Shown here piece by piece: positions 16,785 through 25,528 of a DNA stretch of 41,841 nucleotides; the stretch's first letter is position 1; every line of letters starts with the position of its first letter. A program made the translations under genes and the position numbers. Location: IMG/VR virus record IMGVR_UViG_3300033156_001223, positions 1-41,841 of that record. One strand, given 5' to 3'. The notes below the pieces were generated by a model. It worked only from the letters and a program-made list of their open reading frames with translations, ran no database searches and had not been told where the DNA came from. This DNA is from a virus (Duplodnaviria > Heunggongvirae > Uroviricota > Caudoviricetes).

Positions 16785-16793
16785 GTTATAACA
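16785..16793 (-). promoter_or_regulatory. Extended -10-like element TGTTATAAC
   Basis: Intergenic, T-rich upstream, heads the accessory block 16752..11889. Confidence 0.6.
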
Positions 16794-16806
16794 AAAAATT
16801 AAGAGA

Positions 16807-17136
16807 TCAAGAAATCAAAGCCCAGCTGATTTCGACAATAGGTTCGGAAGTAGCAGTATATTGCATGGCTTGTCTTCCAATATATTGGAAGGGAACTGGG
16901 GAGGTGAGATCATAGGAATAACGAAATTGGATTTGCTGCCACAGTCTTGGTACTCTAACAGGGGCAGTAGAAATGGCTCTATTGAGCTCTGCTTCAAAAA
17001 TTTTAATCATTTCATTTGAGCCAAGCTGAAGATAGCCAAGCCATAGTTCAACGATCAGACGTCGGTCTTTGTCAGAGAGCATCCTCCAAACATCACCAAA
17101 ATAATCTAGAAGCTTATCTAAATATTCGATAATCAT
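16807..17136 (-). CDS. Short protein resembling the N-terminal domain of a large gp7-like wedge protein
   Basis: ATGA-coupled to baseplate J; DYFGDVWRMLSD...LWLGYLQ...PRLWQ resembles N-termini I recall for large-myophage wedge proteins (not searched). Confidence 0.5.
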   Translation of the reverse strand: MIIEYLDKLLDYFGDVWRMLSDKDRRLIVELWLGYLQLGSNEMIKIFEAELNRAISTAPVRVPRLWQQIQFRYSYDLTSPVPFQYIGRQAMQYTATSEPIVEISWALIS

Positions 17137-19121
17137 AGTTTTCTAGTGCTAATGGTTCCTAACATAAGATGAGCAGTCCTTGGAACAGTATAAGTATCAG
17201 TAACTATAATTGTCTCTATTTTTCTATCAGACCGATGATATTCTAGTAAAGCATATACTGGTAAAGATATATAAGTTGCACCGCTTTTGTACAAAAGATT
17301 AATTAAATCAGATATTTCTAAATCGCTTCCTGGAGTTAGAGAGATTAAAAAGTTTTGGATTAGTTGTACCGCATATTCTTCACTTAAGTTATCTCCTCGA
17401 TAGTCTACATGAGCATGGACATAAATTGGCTCGTAGGCTTTAGCTAGAGGATCAGATACTACACAGCGATACTCATCATTCTCTAAAAAGCTTTGTAAAT
17501 CAGCAACAGTCTCTGAGGTTTCATAAATAATCCTCACCGACAACCCTTCTACTGGAGTATTTAAGTCATCATAAGTCTCGGTGAATTTTAGAGTGATTCC
17601 TTCTTTTGTAGAAAAAGCATAAGATGAATCTTGAGTTTCCACCCACCAACCTTTAGCATCAATTCCTTCTACTGTGAAACTAGTATAAGCAGGAACATTA
17701 GTATTAGCATCACCAGCAGCCAAAGATTGCACTTGAATATCATAATAGTAATAAGTTATGTTTCCAAAAACTTCTCGTTGAGTGTCCATTTGTGAAGCAC
17801 TAATTACTTGCCCAGGCTGAGCAGAATCAGGATCCTGAGAGTAAGCACCTAAAGGAACATACTGATATCCATTTGATGCAGTGAAAACCATATCGGGGGT
17901 AATATTCAGATAAGTTGGTCTAGTGAAAAATAATCGTATAGTTCCCTGGGCTTTGCCAATTTCCCCACCAGTAAAATTAGTAATCGCTCTAATCCCAATT
18001 GGATCTCTTTTTGGAATGTAGATGCCAGTAGCTGATAATGTGGCTGGGTCTAGAATTTCTACGTCAATAATTCTAATTAAAGGCAGGTCAATAAGAGTAG
18101 TAACATTTCCACTATCATCTCTACTTGATAAGCTAATTTCGGTGGTGATACTAGCTAAATTAAGACTTCTCGGTTGATGATCTGAAGTTAAGGCATAAAC
18201 ATCAACCTTGTTACCAGTCTTAATATAATATTCTGGATAAGCTGCTTCTCCAGTAGCACCAGGAACATTGGTATAAATTGGGACCAAATCTCGGGTCATT
18301 TCTGGATCAGAAGCACCAACTACATTTACATATTGCACATAAGGAAAATTCTCCATTACCAGAGTTCTAATTCCTCTCTCTGTAGTGGGAGTACGTTCGG
18401 TAATGGAGTCAAGAATGCGCTGGTATAGCTCCGCATTAGTCTCCTTATCGGTTCCGTTGATAACCGGATTCGGATTGGTAACTTTTACATATCCAGTAAG
18501 ACCAGATGCGTTTACAATGGAATTAGTTCCTACATTATACTCAGTTCCGGCCTCCTCTGCTTCTACAGATACATCCACATAATAAAATCCATCCTCAAAA
18601 TTAAGAGCCATTTGATCGGAGGTTACTTGAACTGTGCTGGTAGGATAAAATTTGAGGCCATCTGAAGTACTAAAGTAGGCGGTGGGCAATATTATTACAT
18701 TAGTAGGGTTAACAAAGTAAACTCTAACGGTAGTAGTAGCTTTAGTTCCACTTCTTCTAGTAAGCAAGAAATTTGAGGCCAAAGCGTCCATTGCCTCTTC
18801 GGTGAGAGATTGATAAGCAGAAATGTCTCCACTGCGTCTTAAATTAGCTACCTCTCTACGTAAAGCAGAAATAATAAGAGACATTGGTCCTACTAGCAAA
18901 TCATAAATGGCTGTCCCAGGAACTGGGTTAATGCTTGAATCGAATGCCTTAATTTTTTCTTGTAGGAATGTGATTATATTAGTATTCTCTTCAAACGGGT
19001 CAGTCCCTAGATACTCCAAGAGAGGCTGAATTACTTTTTCATCGAACTCAGATCCTTCAGAAATATCTATTTCCGAGTTCCAATTGGAAATTAATTCTAT
19101 TATATAATCGCGAGTGCTCAT
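17133..19121 (-). CDS. Baseplate J-like wedge protein (T4 gp6 / P2 gpJ family)
   Basis: GTAIYDLLVGP, LTRRSGTKAT..V, VSVEAEEAG..YNV..NSI, NP..VINGTDKETNAEL..RI..S are typical Baseplate_J motifs. Confidence 0.85.
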   Translation of the reverse strand: MSTRDYIIELISNWNSEIDISEGSEFDEKVIQPLLEYLGTDPFEENTNIITFLQEKIKAFDSSINPVPGTAIYDLLVGPMSLIISALRREVANLRRSGDISAYQSLTEEAMDALASNFLLTRRSGTKATTTVRVYFVNPTNVIILPTAYFSTSDGLKFYPTSTVQVTSDQMALNFEDGFYYVDVSVEAEEAGTEYNVGTNSIVNASGLTGYVKVTNPNPVINGTDKETNAELYQRILDSITERTPTTERGIRTLVMENFPYVQYVNVVGASDPEMTRDLVPIYTNVPGATGEAAYPEYYIKTGNKVDVYALTSDHQPRSLNLASITTEISLSSRDDSGNVTTLIDLPLIRIIDVEILDPATLSATGIYIPKRDPIGIRAITNFTGGEIGKAQGTIRLFFTRPTYLNITPDMVFTASNGYQYVPLGAYSQDPDSAQPGQVISASQMDTQREVFGNITYYYYDIQVQSLAAGDANTNVPAYTSFTVEGIDAKGWWVETQDSSYAFSTKEGITLKFTETYDDLNTPVEGLSVRIIYETSETVADLQSFLENDEYRCVVSDPLAKAYEPIYVHAHVDYRGDNLSEEYAVQLIQNFLISLTPGSDLEISDLINLLYKSGATYISLPVYALLEYHRSDRKIETIIVTDTYTVPRTAHLMLGTISTRKL

Positions 19122-19567
19122 AATTTACTAGCAATCTCATCTATTTTCTTACTAATTTTATCCAACTCTGTTAATACTTTGGCAGCCATCTTGGAGAACT
19201 CTTTAGTCACTTCCTGATCAGCACCAGATTCTTTCTCAATCGTAACATCTCTTGCAGGTAATACTCTTATTTCTTCCTCTTCCTCAGTAGCTTTTACCCA
19301 CCCCAAAATTTTTTCAGCTAGCTCTACCAGCTGTCTCTTTGGATCCGCCGCCTTCTTCAATACAACAATCTCCTCTTCAGTAATTGGAAAATCTTCCAAA
19401 AGCTCTTTATTATCACGCATCATTAGTAACATCGCAGCATTCATAAGACCACTAAGATTAAGACCATCGATCCACATATCTTCATCATCATCAAATTCGA
19501 AGTCTTCTTGCTCTGGATCTTCCCATATCCCAGCGTGCCTTGGGTTCCATTTTTTTGGCTTCATCAT
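19118..19567 (-). CDS. Hypothetical acidic protein
   Basis: ORF track; ATGA overlaps on both sides. Confidence 0.7.
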   Translation of the reverse strand: MMKPKKWNPRHAGIWEDPEQEDFEFDDDEDMWIDGLNLSGLMNAAMLLMMRDNKELLEDFPITEEEIVVLKKAADPKRQLVELAEKILGWVKATEEEEEIRVLPARDVTIEKESGADQEVTKEFSKMAAKVLTELDKISKKIDEIASKL

Positions 19568-20094
19568 TCCTCCTCCTCTCCTTCAATTTCGAAGAAAGCC
19601 TCAATTGGCAACCCAGTAATTTCCTTATGGGCAATCCCCAACTTCAAGGCTTCCCCTTTGGTTATAATGCTACCATTTTTAAAATATTTTTCAACATCTT
19701 TTTTCTTCATTTTAGTCGACTTGCATAATATCGAGGTAATCCTACAAAAGTAATCATCTAGTTCTTTTTTTGCCCCCGGAGTCTCATTATAATCAATTTT
19801 CCCATGAACAAAGTAAGGAGAATGAAAATAGAAGACACAATGAGGTAGTGCCCATCTCTCACCACCTCCAAGATAAATAAATAAAGCAGCACTACCTACC
19901 ATGCCCCCAGCGATAGTAATCACTTTTCCGGGGTAAGCTCTTAGTAAGTCAAAGATAGCTGCTGCGATTTCGGAATCACCACCACTACTACAGATGAGAA
20001 TGTAGGCAGGATCTCCTTCGAGATCAGTTAGATAATCTACCACATATCGCAAAGTTTTTGCATCAATTTCTCCTTGGATGCTGATCATAACCAA
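19564..20094 (-). CDS. clpP: ClpP-like serine peptidase (S14)
   Basis: ISIQGEID, ICSSGGD, GSAALFIYLGG (catalytic Ser), FYFHSP (catalytic His), ITKGEALKLGI; the catalytic Asp position appears substituted. Confidence 0.85.
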   Translation of the reverse strand: MVMISIQGEIDAKTLRYVVDYLTDLEGDPAYILICSSGGDSEIAAAIFDLLRAYPGKVITIAGGMVGSAALFIYLGGGERWALPHCVFYFHSPYFVHGKIDYNETPGAKKELDDYFCRITSILCKSTKMKKKDVEKYFKNGSIITKGEALKLGIAHKEITGLPIEAFFEIEGEEEE

Positions 20095-20543
20095 ACCTCT
20101 AAAGGAAAATTAAGTCCTGCTTTAGTAATAACACTGACAATAATGTGGAGTTGGTCCTGTTCTAGAGAAAATTTTTCCAATACTAACTTCTCTAGAGTTT
20201 CTTCATCTTCCAATCCTGGGGTAAGTGCCTGCATTTCTTTGATTTTCTGTTCTAGATTGTATAGAAGTACTACAAAATCGGTTTGGATTGCTCCAATTAT
20301 TGCCGGAGATATTTGCATTCCTATCAAATCTATTAATCCTACTCCCATAGAAGTATTCATAATGTCAGACCCGGGAGCATCTAATAATCCTTTTAATATC
20401 ATCTGTACTAAAGACTGGATTCCGTCGGTAGGAGGTCGAGATGCTGTCAAGCTTATTTGGATTGGAATAGAAGTATTATCCTCCCGGGTTAGTAGTATCA
20501 ACCCGTTTTCTAAAGCATTGGAAAAGATTGGGAAGTCTTTCAT
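20085..20543 (-). CDS. Baseplate wedge / sheath-initiator protein, gp25/GPW-like
   Basis: GIQSLVQMILKGLLDAPGSDIMNTSMGVGL matches the L.Q.I...L.T.PG......FG pattern; located near baseplate J. Confidence 0.7.
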   Translation of the reverse strand: MKDFPIFSNALENGLILLTREDNTSIPIQISLTASRPPTDGIQSLVQMILKGLLDAPGSDIMNTSMGVGLIDLIGMQISPAIIGAIQTDFVVLLYNLEQKIKEMQALTPGLEDEETLEKLVLEKFSLEQDQLHIIVSVITKAGLNFPLEVWL

Positions 20544-21133
20544 TTCACTAGCCTGGTATTATCTTTTTGTAAAGTTTTTTGAGCTGTTGTAGTTATCTCG
20601 GTCTCGACCTTTGTCTCAACCGGTTGAGTCATCCAATCCTTAAACTCTCCTTTCATTTGTTGCAAACATGCATTCACAGTAGATAACACAGTAACAACTA
20701 CAGCATCTGCTTGAGATATCAGAGTCAATATTCTCCGCAAATTCGATATCCCTTTGATTTTCTTTTGAGCTTCCGGCTTATTTTTCAGTTCCTCTTCGAT
20801 TTTCTCTTTCATTTTCCCTTCTATGCTCATAACAACCTTACCTGGGAGATTGGCTAAAAAATCTTGTACTTCCTGGGCGTTTTTCTCTATCTTTTGAGCA
20901 AATTCAACTGCATCTCCCAAAATATTATTTCGTAATTCAGTCAGTGGGTCAACAAACTTAGTTTGGAAATTGTGTACATGTTCTCTAACATCTGCTAATA
21001 ACTTAAGCTTTTGTGGGTTAATATGGCACTTCTCAAGCCAAGCCTCACGCAAAGCCTGAGTATCCAATTGTCCGTCTTTCCACAGCTGTAGCTTTTGATC
21101 TTGTACACTACTTTGCTGACCTTCGTCTGCCAT
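20540..21133 (-). CDS. Hypothetical coiled-coil protein in the baseplate region
   Basis: ORF track; coupled to the gp25-like gene. Confidence 0.7.
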   Translation of the reverse strand: MADEGQQSSVQDQKLQLWKDGQLDTQALREAWLEKCHINPQKLKLLADVREHVHNFQTKFVDPLTELRNNILGDAVEFAQKIEKNAQEVQDFLANLPGKVVMSIEGKMKEKIEEELKNKPEAQKKIKGISNLRRILTLISQADAVVVTVLSTVNACLQQMKGEFKDWMTQPVETKVETEITTTAQKTLQKDNTRLVK

Positions 21134-21554
21134 ATATCTTCCTCTCTAGTTTTTTAAATTGTTTATAATTAAGTAAAGCAGCTAATACTTCAGCAGATGC
21201 TAACAATGGCAACTGCCACAACAAACTCTTCAAATTTTTCGTTTTTACTTCTCCTTTCTTAATTTTTCTAAGAGCTTCAAACAAGGCTTTACTTTTAGTA
21301 GCCTTTTTTAGAGTTCTAGTAGTAGTATAACCAGCAGCTCCCGTAATTGCTACTGGTATTGCTGCAGTAATAGCCAAATTTTGTATTATATCCTTTTTGT
21401 ATTTGTCAAAGATTTCATCACCAAGCTTTTTCCCGTAATAATTTCTAAGATCTTGTCTGATAGCACTATAAAGAATGGGAGAGGCTATTACTACGTCTAG
21501 GGGCAGAGGAGATAAAGCTTGGCGGATAAGAGTATACGTAGTTGACTTCTGCAT
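21108..21554 (-). CDS. Basic protein with Ala-rich hydrophobic segments; apparently leaderless
   Basis: AITAAIPVAITGAAGY and LLASAEVLAALL segments, Lys-rich; no SD, TGCTATAAT 8 nt upstream. Confidence 0.65.
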   Translation of the reverse strand: MQKSTTYTLIRQALSPLPLDVVIASPILYSAIRQDLRNYYGKKLGDEIFDKYKKDIIQNLAITAAIPVAITGAAGYTTTRTLKKATKSKALFEALRKIKKGEVKTKNLKSLLWQLPLLASAEVLAALLNYKQFKKLERKIYGRRRSAK

Positions 21555-21562
21555 TATAGATA

Positions 21563-21571
21563 ATTATAGCA
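21563..21571 (-). promoter_or_regulatory. Extended -10 TGCTATAAT, leaderless geometry
   Basis: Perfect TGnTATAAT, 8 nt before ATG 21554, just below a terminator. Confidence 0.7.
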
Positions 21572-21594
21572 TAGCCGTATCAAGTGAGGTAGCT

Positions 21595-21628
21595 AAAAAG
21601 AAGGGGGAGATCACCCCTCCCCCTTCTT
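21595..21628 (-). terminator. Intrinsic terminator after the Clp ATPase gene
   Basis: AAGAAGGGGGAG-GGGTGAT-CTCCCCCTTCTT-TTT: 12-bp stem, 7-nt loop, U-rich tail; overlaps the TGA stop. Confidence 0.8.
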
Positions 21629-23569
21629 AGTTACTATAAGTTCTCCATTATCCACCTTTACCTGAATATTCTCTACTACTTCACGTACCAAGATCCCTGC
21701 TGCAGGATTCAAAATCTTATCAGTTATTACCCGCAACAATGGTCTAGCTCCTAACTCTGGCTGATAACCATGTTCAATCAGGTAACCTACTACTTCATCG
21801 TCATACTCTAGAGCTACTCCTTCCCTACCCAACACTTCCGCAACCTTATTAAGATGGTATTTGGCAATCTCAGCAAGCACATCCCGGGTCAGACTCTTGA
21901 ACAGGATTACCGAATCAATCCTGTTCAAAAACTCCAATCTTAGGTTCTTAGATAAGAAAGTTAGAACTTTTTCGTATTGTTTATCATAGTTCTCGTCATT
22001 GACTTCTCCCAGAGTATTTGTCAAGAAGTTAGAGGTGAATATGATTATGCAGTTACTGAAATCAACCATGTTACCCCTACCATCCGTCATCCTTCCATCT
22101 TCTAGCATGTCTAACAAAGCAGAAGTAACTGTTGAGGCCGCCTTATCAATCTCATCTAACAACACTACACAGTAGGGGTTCTTGCGAACCGCTTCAGTAA
22201 GTTGGCCGCCTTCTTCGTAACCAACATAGCCAGGAGGAGAGCCATATAGACGAGAAACTGAGTGAGGTTCAATATACTCAGACATATCAATTCTCACTAG
22301 CTTTGTTTCATCTCCAAACATTGCTTCGGCCAAGGCTTTGGCAGTCTCAGTTTTCCCCACTCCAGTAGGCCCTACAAATAAGAAATTGGCTACAGGTCTG
22401 TGACGGTAGTGTAGACCAAGTCGTCCTCTTCTCACTGCATCTGCCAATCTCTCAATCGCATGATCCTGTCCTTTTACTCTTTCCTTTAATGTCTCTTCCA
22501 GCCTCGAGAGCTTCTCCTTTTCACTAGCGGTGATACGGTGGACAGGTATCTTCGACTTCTTAGCAACTACCCACGCTACATCCATACTAGTTACTGTAGA
22601 TTGGAAAACATTGGAACTGATATGATTCAGAATATCTTGGAAGATTTTTCTAGCTTTTTGTTCACTAACCTGTTTGGCTTCTTCCAACTTAGCAAACAGG
22701 TCACTATCTTGCACTCCATAATTGAGTAAGACCATTTCCAATGTTTCACAGATATCAGCGACTGTTATATCCTGATTTTCTATTAAAGATGGAATATCTA
22801 AATTGAGAAGTTGAGATCTCGTTCTAACTAAAGCCATAGATTGATCCATCACATCAATAGCCTTAGCTGGAAGATTGGCATCATGAATAAAACGAGAAGA
22901 TAAAGTAGCACATGTAACCAAAACCTCATCTGACACTGAGATGCCATGAAATTCCTCATAAAGATGTTTTATTCCACGAAGAATTTCAGTGCATTCGGCA
23001 ATGGACGGTTCATAAACAAAAACCGGCTGTAAACGGGCTACCAATGCTCTATCTTCTTGTAAATGCCTTCGGAAATCATCGTATGTAGTAGCAAATATCA
23101 TCTTTGAGGTATTAAAGGCCAATTTTGACTTGAACATTTCAGTAATAGGAAGATCACCCTTTGCTTTGGTTAACTGATGGAATTCGTCGATAAATAAAAC
23201 TGCATTTTCATTCAATCCCATCTGCTCAAACAGAGTATTGACCCGATTTTCTACTTCTCCTTTTGCACATGCTCCTGCTAGAATTGAAGAGGCGTCGATC
23301 TGGTATATTGTCCAATCTTTCATGTAAGAAGGAACTTTTCCCTCTAGAATTCGAAAAACTAGTGCATGTACCACACTAGTTTTACCTACTCCGTGCTCAC
23401 CCAGAATCAAGGGGATGTTCCTCTTTCTTCTGCTCAAAACGTGTATTAACTGATTAACCACTTCATCCATCCCAATTACTGGATCAATCAATCCATCTTG
23501 GCAGGCCTCATTCAAGTTTAAGCAGATTTGATCCAGATTCATTTGACCAAGCTTGGCCTCCAACTCCAT
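21611..23569 (-). CDS. Clp/Hsp100 class-1 AAA+ ATPase (ClpA/B/C-like) without N-terminal domain
   Basis: NBD1 GEHGVGKT and LFIDEFH; NBD2 GPTGVGKT, RIDMSEY, PPGYVGYEEGGQLTEAVR, LLDEIDKA, GARPL; starts directly at the LD...A..G.IDPVIG segment. Confidence 0.92.
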   Translation of the reverse strand: MELEAKLGQMNLDQICLNLNEACQDGLIDPVIGMDEVVNQLIHVLSRRKRNIPLILGEHGVGKTSVVHALVFRILEGKVPSYMKDWTIYQIDASSILAGACAKGEVENRVNTLFEQMGLNENAVLFIDEFHQLTKAKGDLPITEMFKSKLAFNTSKMIFATTYDDFRRHLQEDRALVARLQPVFVYEPSIAECTEILRGIKHLYEEFHGISVSDEVLVTCATLSSRFIHDANLPAKAIDVMDQSMALVRTRSQLLNLDIPSLIENQDITVADICETLEMVLLNYGVQDSDLFAKLEEAKQVSEQKARKIFQDILNHISSNVFQSTVTSMDVAWVVAKKSKIPVHRITASEKEKLSRLEETLKERVKGQDHAIERLADAVRRGRLGLHYRHRPVANFLFVGPTGVGKTETAKALAEAMFGDETKLVRIDMSEYIEPHSVSRLYGSPPGYVGYEEGGQLTEAVRKNPYCVVLLDEIDKAASTVTSALLDMLEDGRMTDGRGNMVDFSNCIIIFTSNFLTNTLGEVNDENYDKQYEKVLTFLSKNLRLEFLNRIDSVILFKSLTRDVLAEIAKYHLNKVAEVLGREGVALEYDDEVVGYLIEHGYQPELGARPLLRVITDKILNPAAGILVREVVENIQVKVDNGELIVTKKGEG

Positions 23570-23622
23570 TATTTCCCTCCTTTAATTAATTTTTACCCAA
23601 ACAGACTTTCTGACTCTAAGAT

Positions 23623-25389
23623 TTAGCCAAGACTTTCTTTGATCTCTGAGGATATTAAATCCCACAGACTGTTAAGAGAGGTGAGATCGTTAATGGATAA
23701 ATTAAAAAGGTCTTGATACTTGCCATCAAACAATAAATCTTTAATGCGAGTAGCTCCCATGTCTTCCACGGACCATAATAAATTATTTACTTGGTGATTC
23801 TCTGGAATTAGAAATTCTTGACAGTACTGTCTAACGTCTTGGAGTAAAGTAAGCTTGCTATCTAAATCTGAAATGATTTCCGAACAATATCTATCTCTTT
23901 CTTCTTTATACTGCCTCCATGCATTGGACATCCGAAATTGGTTTTGGCTATTTTCCTCCTCATCAAGCATTTTTAGAGTAAAATTAATCATCCTAGTTAA
24001 ATTGTTTATCAATTTACTGAGCGAATTGGCTGTGAAAATGTCCAATATTTTATAACGAAAAATTCGAATAATTGACCAAAGGTGCCCCCAATATTTGCTT
24101 CCGTTTCTATAAACAATTGCTCCGTAAGTCCCGTTGGGTATTTCCAATACTCTATCTAAAACTATCACTCCTTCCTCTTCATCAATCGCTTTGACTTCGA
24201 ATGAGCCAACACTAAATTCCCTCTCCAAACTTACTCCGCTCACTGGATGAGTAGTAGTTGGGATTAATAAAGTTCCATCATCAAGTTTAAGACTACCAAC
24301 CATAAATCGGTCACCAACCTGAATATTCTCAGTAGATATTTTCACTATACTACTACCATCATAGCAAGAGCAGCTACCTTCATAAACTGTAATTCCTTTA
24401 ACACTTATTGGAGTACTTAATGTTTCCAAGGCCTGCTTCCCTGTTGCAAAATATTTCAAAATTTCCTCTACTCTCTCACTCACTTTATCAAAAGTATCTC
24501 CAGAAGATATTAAACTCATCAAGGAATCAAACTTAGGAAGAATAATGTTACTGATCCTTTTTGCTAGGCTCCCCCCAATTTCTTCAAATTCCTCCAAAGA
24601 TTTTTCTAATCTATCTACCAACTCTATTAAGGTTGCCCATTGTCTTTGGAGCTTGACAAGAAGATCACGAACATTAGTTAACCTAGTAATAAAAGATTGT
24701 AGTAACGATTGTAGTACCTCACTGGTATTACCTAATAAATTTACGACCGCTTGAAATCCAGTAGCAGTAGTCATTCCGGTCAGAAGTGAGGTTAGATTAA
24801 CTTGTCGGCGCAGAAATGTTGATTGTTTAGGAGTATCCAATCGGGATGATTTGAGTAGACTGGTAGCAGACTTAAGCTTCTGAATCGTATCAATAATCTC
24901 ATCCAGAAGGGGAATGATTTTGTGATGGAGTAGAATAGAGGCAAGATATACTGCGGCATGGGCTTCCCCATTCTCCTCCACATCAAAAGCGAAGACTGTA
25001 ACAATATTCTCCAACAACTCTTCAAGCTGTTCAGTGTAACCAGGAAGAGGACCAGGTGGTATTTCGATTACTTTAGAGACAAAAAACTGTAGAATCTCCT
25101 GTACTTTGCTCTTGGTGATATCTACTACGTTATTACTGGTGAGTTGGGTATAGATGTCATCTACTAATTTATCAACATTTTGAGGAGAGAAATTCTTTCG
25201 CTGGCTTTCTATTTCCCCAAACAAGGCTTCTAGTATTTTAATTTTGATATTTAAAAATTCTTGTAGTTTCCCCAGAGTTCCTGAAGAAAGTTGAGAAATA
25301 TCACGTAGTTGTACAAACTTACGAACTTGAGGGAGGGCCTGTTGAGCTTGAGCTAGTAATTGCTGTTCTAAATCCGATAGATCTAGCAT
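23623..25389 (-). CDS. Large mostly helical hypothetical protein with a central beta-rich insertion
   Basis: 588 aa ORF; heptad-rich flanks and beta-like segment about aa 330-430. Confidence 0.7.
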   Translation of the reverse strand: MLDLSDLEQQLLAQAQQALPQVRKFVQLRDISQLSSGTLGKLQEFLNIKIKILEALFGEIESQRKNFSPQNVDKLVDDIYTQLTSNNVVDITKSKVQEILQFFVSKVIEIPPGPLPGYTEQLEELLENIVTVFAFDVEENGEAHAAVYLASILLHHKIIPLLDEIIDTIQKLKSATSLLKSSRLDTPKQSTFLRRQVNLTSLLTGMTTATGFQAVVNLLGNTSEVLQSLLQSFITRLTNVRDLLVKLQRQWATLIELVDRLEKSLEEFEEIGGSLAKRISNIILPKFDSLMSLISSGDTFDKVSERVEEILKYFATGKQALETLSTPISVKGITVYEGSCSCYDGSSIVKISTENIQVGDRFMVGSLKLDDGTLLIPTTTHPVSGVSLEREFSVGSFEVKAIDEEEGVIVLDRVLEIPNGTYGAIVYRNGSKYWGHLWSIIRIFRYKILDIFTANSLSKLINNLTRMINFTLKMLDEEENSQNQFRMSNAWRQYKEERDRYCSEIISDLDSKLTLLQDVRQYCQEFLIPENHQVNNLLWSVEDMGATRIKDLLFDGKYQDLFNLSINDLTSLNSLWDLISSEIKESLG

Positions 25390-25426
25390 GCTAATTCCAT
25401 ATTATAAGATATTAATGTCAGTGTTG

Positions 25427-25504
25427 CTAGCCGGTTAGAAGATCGTAGTGCTCAAGTAAGATATAACGAATTGGCTCAGTTAATATTGTTTTGCCACTTA
25501 TGTT
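25427..25504 (-). pseudogene. Orphan C-terminal remnant of an array-3 paralog
   Basis: Translates NISGKTILTEPIRYILLEHYDLLTG-stop; 11/16 identical to LTKLLRDILLKHYDLL at the end of the adjacent gene; no start codon. Confidence 0.75.
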
Positions 25505-25528
25505 CTATATGAAGGATCTGGGTGGTTC

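Noticed and set aside
11888-16813. 8-bp direct repeat ATCAAGAA at both edges of the accessory block (11888-11895 and 16806-16813) as att or target-site duplication
   Set aside because: Short and AT-rich, both copies include the TGA stop of a gene, no recombinase is in the window, and excision would keep the stop and not restore a fused wedge frame.
21108-21554. Holin
   Set aside because: Hydrophobic stretches are short and Ala/Gly-rich, the gene is 8.6 kb from the amidase, and no holin-like topology is clear.
17133-23569. Chromosomal T6SS or eCIS locus (baseplate genes plus Clp ATPase as ClpV)
   Set aside because: No TssJLM/TssK-like genes or host genes; long tape measure, sigma factor, helicase, amidase and dense single-strand hypothetical genes fit a phage better.
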